Source of the DNA: Alphaproteobacteria bacterium
GTDB taxonomy: Bacteria; Pseudomonadota; Alphaproteobacteria; Sphingomonadales; Kordiimonadaceae
Assembly (NCBI GenBank): GCA_013372925.1
Contig: JABXIV010000061.1
Coordinates: 1 to 59,651, forward strand
Direction of reading: 5' to 3'
DNA: 59,651 nucleotides
This document shows, piece after piece, positions 57,618 through 59,651 of the stretch. Made by a program: the position numbers and the translations under genes. The notes under the pieces were generated by a model. It saw only the letters and a list, made by a program, of their open reading frames with translations. It was not told the origin of the DNA and searched no databases. Every line of letters begins with the position of its first letter. The first letter of the stretch is position 1.

Positions 57618-58559
57618 TTAAGCTTTGTGATCCCGTAGCCCCAACAAAGCACTTGCAGCAGATAAGTGCGAAATCGCGAGCGCAACACCGCAGCCAGCTC
57701 CCGCTCCAACAGGAAAACCAACCAGGGGCTTCTTCCCAAGGCTACGCCAAATTGCTTCTTGCATGGACGTATCATACGATGCCGCCAGAACATGGTCTGT
57801 CGTCCCTTTAGCATGGGCCTCTAGCACTGCAACTGCGGCAATGGCGGCCCATCCTTCAGCGACAACCGGCAACCTGCGACTACGTGCGGCTATGATGGCA
57901 CCAACTGATGCTGCTATTTCCCGTCCGCCAAGCTGACGCATGGCCTCCAACGGCTCGTAAGAACCATTGCCTACAAGGGCCTCGGCAGCGTCAAGAATAG
58001 CCTCATCTTCGGCTATTGCAGACGCGGCCACGACTTCATACCCCAAAATTCCAATGACCATCGCCAAGGCGTACACATCGTTCCCTGGCGCCATGTCAGT
58101 CAGCCCTAAAATATCCCCGCCTGACGCTGTCGCTTCCATGCCGAAAGCTACGGATGCCATACAATCGGACGCTTCCCAACCACCATCAACCACATGAGGC
58201 ATTTCGGGAGCCAACTGAATAGCCCGTAGCCCTATCCCCTTGTCCACACACAACAAATTAACAGCCGCACCACCTTTGGATGTTGCTTCGATGTAATTGA
58301 GAACAGACGCGCTGTCCTGCCCCTCGTAGCTAGAGGCCAGAATACAGATATGTGTCTCCTTAACAGCAGGCGCAGCCTTGCCCTGCCAATGCGCAAGCCA
58401 AGTAAGCATGCCACCAATGCCACTAGCCTCTGGCAGAGGCTTAGCCTTAAGGGCCTCGGCCACTTTCTTTGCCGCACATGTATCCGCTTCAGGTAGTTGA
58501 TCTAAAACCGTCTTTAAATCATCGAAGGGGTGGCCCGTTAACATGTTCTTATAATCCAT
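57618..58559 (-). CDS. CobT-like phosphoribosyltransferase homologue with a degenerate active site
   Basis: WLAHWQG, GGAAVN and LGGREIAA..GAIIAAR give the CobT fold, but the catalytic motifs are altered (TDMAPGN, GAGAGCG). Confidence 0.75.
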   Translation of the reverse strand: MDYKNMLTGHPFDDLKTVLDQLPEADTCAAKKVAEALKAKPLPEASGIGGMLTWLAHWQGKAAPAVKETHICILASSYEGQDSASVLNYIEATSKGGAAVNLLCVDKGIGLRAIQLAPEMPHVVDGGWEASDCMASVAFGMEATASGGDILGLTDMAPGNDVYALAMVIGILGYEVVAASAIAEDEAILDAAEALVGNGSYEPLEAMRQLGGREIAASVGAIIAARSRRLPVVAEGWAAIAAVAVLEAHAKGTTDHVLAASYDTSMQEAIWRSLGKKPLVGFPVGAGAGCGVALAISHLSAASALLGLRDHKA

Positions 58560-58715
58560 AATTTAAGTTTACATTTGCTCAATTGCCAATTCATGCAATT
58601 TTGCGCATAAAAAATCATTGCGGCGCAAGGCATACCAACAAATTTGCGTTTGTTAAAACCCAATTTAATGTATTAAGTTAAATTTTAGAGAAGTTGGTGG
58701 GTCGGCAAGGAAGTC

Positions 58716-59651
58716 ATGATGCTGAAAAGCAATAAATCGCTGGTGATCACTACATTGCTAACTGGTACAGCAGTTGCCACGGGAACCCTGATATACGGTG
58801 CCCTGAAGCAGGACGACCAACTGAGCATCCTAGACGACACTCTGCCCCCTGTTATTGGCGATCGGCTATTGCCACCACCCGCGACCTATGTGATGACCAC
58901 GCCTCCGCCTGTGGAAATCCCTGGCATCCGGCGCTTGAAAGTGGTTCGACCTGCTTTCAGAAGCATCGCAACTGACCAGTCCGATCAACAGCGCCCTAGC
59001 ACCACAGATGCAGATGCAACGGAACTGTATCTCACCGGCACCCGTAGTGCTGACCTAATTAGATCCCCTGTTGAAGCCCGGATTGAAACTTTCCCGACAG
59101 TTTCTCTAGAAGAGGCTGTGGAAGGCGCTCTAGCCGTCGATGAATGGGGCTTTCAAGTCGTTCAATCCTATCTCAATCAAGCCATGGGCGACTCTGAAGC
59201 CCTGAAGGCCCGAATGGATGCGTTGCTGCAAAGAATTGAGGATGCCGCAGGTGATTATGACCTGGCAACCATTTCTGATGCCGCGAACCTGATTATTGAG
59301 GCAGGTGCGCGCACGCATTGGACGGCTTTTATGGCGCCATTCGTGCTGGATAATAACTTCAAACTGACAGAAGGCGCTATGGGGTGGGATCTTGGCCCGT
59401 CCACTAAAAAGCCCTACGAAGACTTTGTTCGGGTTAGCTCCGAAAGTAAAATGCTGGTTGGCGACCACATGAATGACGAGGCTGCTGAAGAGGGGCCCTC
59501 CATTCTTTCGAACGGCGTACGCAATGTAGAACAATTCGTCGCCAACAACGTGCCAAACGGTAGGTATCGTGTTGTTATTCTTACAGCCCCTCGCCCTAAC
59601 GGCAAGTCTCCACTCTACCCATTCGGCGTGGACGTAAAGAGAAACGGCGGC
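58716..59651 (+). CDS. Membrane-anchored/exported protein with a possible beta-sandwich domain (3'-truncated, missing from the ORF track)
   Basis: Hand translation gives 312 open codons from ATG 58716 after SD AAGGAAG: MMLKSNKSLVITTLLTGTAVATGTLIYG, Pro-rich linker, then GWDLGP...VPNGRYRVVI. Confidence 0.75.
   Translation, partial: MMLKSNKSLVITTLLTGTAVATGTLIYGALKQDDQLSILDDTLPPVIGDRLLPPPATYVMTTPPPVEIPGIRRLKVVRPAFRSIATDQSDQQRPSTTDADATELYLTGTRSADLIRSPVEARIETFPTVSLEEAVEGALAVDEWGFQVVQSYLNQAMGDSEALKARMDALLQRIEDAAGDYDLATISDAANLIIEAGARTHWTAFMAPFVLDNNFKLTEGAMGWDLGPSTKKPYEDFVRVSSESKMLVGDHMNDEAAEEGPSILSNGVRNVEQFVANNVPNGRYRVVILTAPRPNGKSPLYPFGVDVKRNGG

Noticed and set aside
58653-58681. TTAA clusters resembling CtrA boxes (also 50834-50854)
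   Set aside because: No pair has the 7-nt spacer (closest are 8 and 9 nt), and the background is AT-rich.
59130-59605. Two minus-strand ORFs at the right end
   Set aside because: They are antisense to the longer plus-strand ORF starting at 58716, which has an SD and a signal-like N-terminus.
1-59651. CRISPR arrays, IS elements, prophage, tRNA or rRNA genes
   Set aside because: No spaced direct repeats, transposase/integrase/phage ORFs or structural RNA signatures were recognised by eye. A covariance-model scan was not run.

Overview
Chromosomal segment of an alphaproteobacterium. The evidence is the gene content (ALA synthase HemA, MucR/Ros, class II DAHP synthase, CtrA-type boxes, Cbp3-DUF177-plsX-ihfA-merR synteny). 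A marine Kordiimonadales/Sphingomonadales-like host is a guess. Bases 1-27 kb are housekeeping genes: ihfA, plsX, bamE, hppA, thiL-nusB-rib-nrdR-glyA-rpiB, mucR, hemA, hemB, trmJ-cysS-gltX-nadE, DAHP synthase and gph. Bases 30.5-38 kb hold a complete phoR-pstSCAB-phoU-phoB operon with PHO boxes. Bases 38-57.5 kb hold an exosortase A/PEP-CTERM exopolysaccharide locus that lacks prsK/prsR. The best candidate for an undescribed system is the four-gene minus-strand cassette at 27233-30264. It encodes a twin-arginine-leader protein with a Cys-flanked Gly/Asp/Ser low-complexity loop, a PqqD/RRE chaperone, an HprK-related kinase and a nucleotidyltransferase, and looks like a RiPP-like modify-then-export system. 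A perfect CtrA box lies just upstream, and the cassette is divergent from the Pho operon. Other oddities are a CobT homologue lacking its catalytic Glu, a RibBX-type fusion, no fabH after plsX, a C-type-lectin-like protein, and an uncalled ORF running off the right end. No rRNA, tRNA, CRISPR array or mobile element was recognised. All family assignments are by-eye motif and synteny recognition, not database searches.
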